64,000 bases of DNA from Gemmatimonadaceae bacterium (GTDB lineage: Bacteria; Gemmatimonadota; Gemmatimonadetes; Gemmatimonadales; Gemmatimonadaceae): contig JBJMOW010000002.1 in the NCBI GenBank assembly GCA_045803545.1, forward strand, positions 32,001 through 96,000, given 5' to 3'. Shown here piece after piece: positions 61,990-64,000 of this stretch. The translations under genes and the position numbers were made by a program. Position 1 is the first letter of the stretch. The number at the start of each line of letters is the position of its first letter. The notes beneath the pieces are model-generated. The model searched no databases, had not been told where the DNA came from, and saw only the letters and a list, made by a program, of their open reading frames with translations.

Positions 61990-63785
61990 ATTGTACCAGC
62001 CGCTACATCTGTTGCCAACGCATCTGATTCAACAGCGTCGAGCAACTGTTGTCGGCGTAGCAGCGACCAGTAGCGGCCGCGCACGGCCATCAGGTCGGCG
62101 TGGCGTCCCTGCTCGACGACAGAACCCTTCTCGAGCACGATGATCCACGACGCATCACGAATGGCGCTGATACGGTGCGATGCAATCAGCGCGGTCCGAC
62201 TCGACAGCGCTTCACGCAGCGCGCGCAAAATCTCGGCTTCCGTATGAGTGTCGACCGCGGACAGCGCATCGTCCAGCAGAACGATGCTCGGCTTGCGGGC
62301 CAGGGCTCGCGCCAGCGAAGCGCGCTGTTTCTGACCACCGGACAGATTGATGCCGCGCTCGCCAAGAATCGTCTCGTAGCCTCCGGGGAATCGGGAGATC
62401 GTTTGATCGAGCTGCGCAACATTGGCGGCCCACTCGCCGGTTTTGCTGAGACCGGCAGTGCCATACGACAGGTTTGATCCGATCGTCTCGCTGAAAAGCA
62501 GACTTTCCTGAGGCACGAAGCCGATCTCCTGGCGCAGTTCGGAAGGGTCGATGTTTCGTGTGGGGATTCCGTCGATCAGGATCTCACCCTCCTGCGGATC
62601 GTACATTCGCGGCAGCAGATCGATCAGCGCACTCTTGCCGCTGCCGGTTGCGCCGACGACGCCGAGCGTCGCGCCCGCGGGAACGGTAAAGCTGACATTG
62701 CGCAGTACCCATCTCGGCTGTCCGTCTGCGTCAGACGGATAGTGAAATCCCACGTTGCGAAATTCGATCGTCCGGCCGTCACGCGTCGCTGGCAACTGCT
62801 GCCTTGGCTCCGTCACAAGTATCGTCGGGTGAGCGTCGAAGATCTCGGCGAGCCTGCCCATCGACGCATCGCCGCGCTGGAACAGATTCACTACCCAGCC
62901 AAGTGCGATCATCGGCCACGTCAACATTGTCAGGTACAATCCAAACGCGACGAATGACCCGATCGAGATTGTGCCACGAATTGTGGCGATACCTCCGGCG
63001 CCAAGTACTATTACCCCGCCGAGTCCGCCGAAGAATGCGAAGAGTGGATTGAGCGTCCCCCACAGCCGGACGAGTTGCATGTTGAGCGTCAGATATTGAT
63101 CGTTCAGTGCGCCGAACCGGTCGATCTCGGCGTTTTCCTGGCGATACGCTCTGACGATTCGGGCGCCGGTGAGATTTTCCTGCGCGTGCGTGGTGAGAGC
63201 GGAGAAATGTTCCTGCACTCGCTCGAAGCGGTCATGGATGGTGCCGCCCATCCGGATCGTCAGCACGGGAAGAAAAATGAGCGGCAGCAGCGCAAGCAGC
63301 GTCAGGCGTACGTCGATGCGCAGCATGAAATACAGCGCGAACAGGCCGCCGAAGATCGTATTGGTCAGGTACATCACGGCTGGGCCAATCGCCATGCGCA
63401 CGGCACCCAGATCGTTGGTCAGACGCGCCATGATGTCGCCAGTACGGGTTTGTGCAAAGTAGGCGGCGTCAAGCGTCTCCAGATGTGTGAAGAGATCGTT
63501 GCGGAGGTCGTATTCCATCCACCGGCTGATTCCGTTTATCAGCTCGCGCATTCCATATCGAAATGCGCCGCCGATGAGCGCCGCCAGCACGATGAGGCCG
63601 CTCAATTTCCAGATACTGCTCATCGGTGCGCCTGCTCCGATCGCGTCGATTGCGCGTCGGAGGAGCCACGGGATGACGCTGGATAACGCCGCGGATGCGA
63701 GAACGATCAGCAAACCCGCGGCGAACTGTAGACGGTAGGGCCGATAGTATGGCGCGGCTCTCCGCAGGTTCATCATATTTGGCAT
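61986..63785 (-). CDS. ABC exporter, fused TMD-NBD (MdlA/MsbA-like)
   Basis: TM domain with TGDIMARLTND; GATGSGKS, LSGGQKQR, LLDD, SHR; start at 63785, 63776 or 63773. Confidence 0.95.
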   Translation of the reverse strand: MPNMMNLRRAAPYYRPYRLQFAAGLLIVLASAALSSVIPWLLRRAIDAIGAGAPMSSIWKLSGLIVLAALIGGAFRYGMRELINGISRWMEYDLRNDLFTHLETLDAAYFAQTRTGDIMARLTNDLGAVRMAIGPAVMYLTNTIFGGLFALYFMLRIDVRLTLLALLPLIFLPVLTIRMGGTIHDRFERVQEHFSALTTHAQENLTGARIVRAYRQENAEIDRFGALNDQYLTLNMQLVRLWGTLNPLFAFFGGLGGVIVLGAGGIATIRGTISIGSFVAFGLYLTMLTWPMIALGWVVNLFQRGDASMGRLAEIFDAHPTILVTEPRQQLPATRDGRTIEFRNVGFHYPSDADGQPRWVLRNVSFTVPAGATLGVVGATGSGKSALIDLLPRMYDPQEGEILIDGIPTRNIDPSELRQEIGFVPQESLLFSETIGSNLSYGTAGLSKTGEWAANVAQLDQTISRFPGGYETILGERGINLSGGQKQRASLARALARKPSIVLLDDALSAVDTHTEAEILRALREALSSRTALIASHRISAIRDASWIIVLEKGSVVEQGRHADLMAVRGRYWSLLRRQQLLDAVESDALATDVAAGTI

Positions 63786-63855
63786 AACGATTGCCGCTTA
63801 CTTTATTCTTGAGCTTGGTTTAAAACCCAGGCACTCATAACGGAGGAGGAGCTTC

Positions 63856-64000
63856 ATGGTGCAATATATTCCCCGGTTTAACGCGTCGCTGGCTTTGTCG
63901 TTTGCGCTTTTTGCCGCTGCTTGCACAGCAAAGACTGACAACAATGCAGCAGCAGATTCGGCGCTCAATAAAGACATTCAGCTTGCGAATCGTGACACCG
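63856..64000 (+). CDS. 5' end of a lipoprotein (partial)
   Basis: GGAGGAGG RBS, then MVQYIPRFNASLALSFALFAAAC-TAKTDNN with a lipobox; frame open to window end. Confidence 0.7.
   Translation, partial: MVQYIPRFNASLALSFALFAAACTAKTDNNAAADSALNKDIQLANRDT

Overview
High-GC bacterial chromosome segment, most likely Gemmatimonadota (inferred from protein character and ribosomal-protein extensions; not verified by search). From left to right: (1) a sugar locus with a GalU-like nucleotidyltransferase, a eukaryote-type UDP-galactopyranose mutase, a GH1-RmlD fusion, a glycosyltransferase and GH1-like hydrolases; (2) a beta-propeller lipoprotein, Rieske oxygenase and APC permease operon; (3) the fusA-tuf-S10-spc ribosomal cluster (fusA to map), with no rpsL/rpsG in front, no infA/alpha operon behind, and a highly structured leader; (4) a frameshifted four-helix-bundle (IVS/Avd-like) gene enclosed by long inverted repeats; (5) ftcD, suhB and trpS; (6) a gas vesicle gene cluster (F-G-L-S/K fusion-J-A; no gvpN/O/C in the window) running directly into a soluble PAS-PAS histidine kinase; (7) purA, ypdA, glyQS and peptidases, with a cluster of long intergenic hairpins; (8) an operon with a ubiquitin-fold-like protein, HDAC, CorA, an orphan GvpL/F, a Ser/Thr kinase, a dipeptide epimerase and priA; (9) a TIGR00300-like protein and an ABC-HK-RR-phosphodiesterase operon. 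No rRNA, tRNA, CRISPR array or transposase was seen. The best novelty candidates are the hairpin-enclosed four-helix-bundle cassette (with heptamer repeats inside ribosomal protein genes) and the kinase-coupled gas vesicle cluster lacking gvpN. All product calls come from motif recognition by eye, not database searches.
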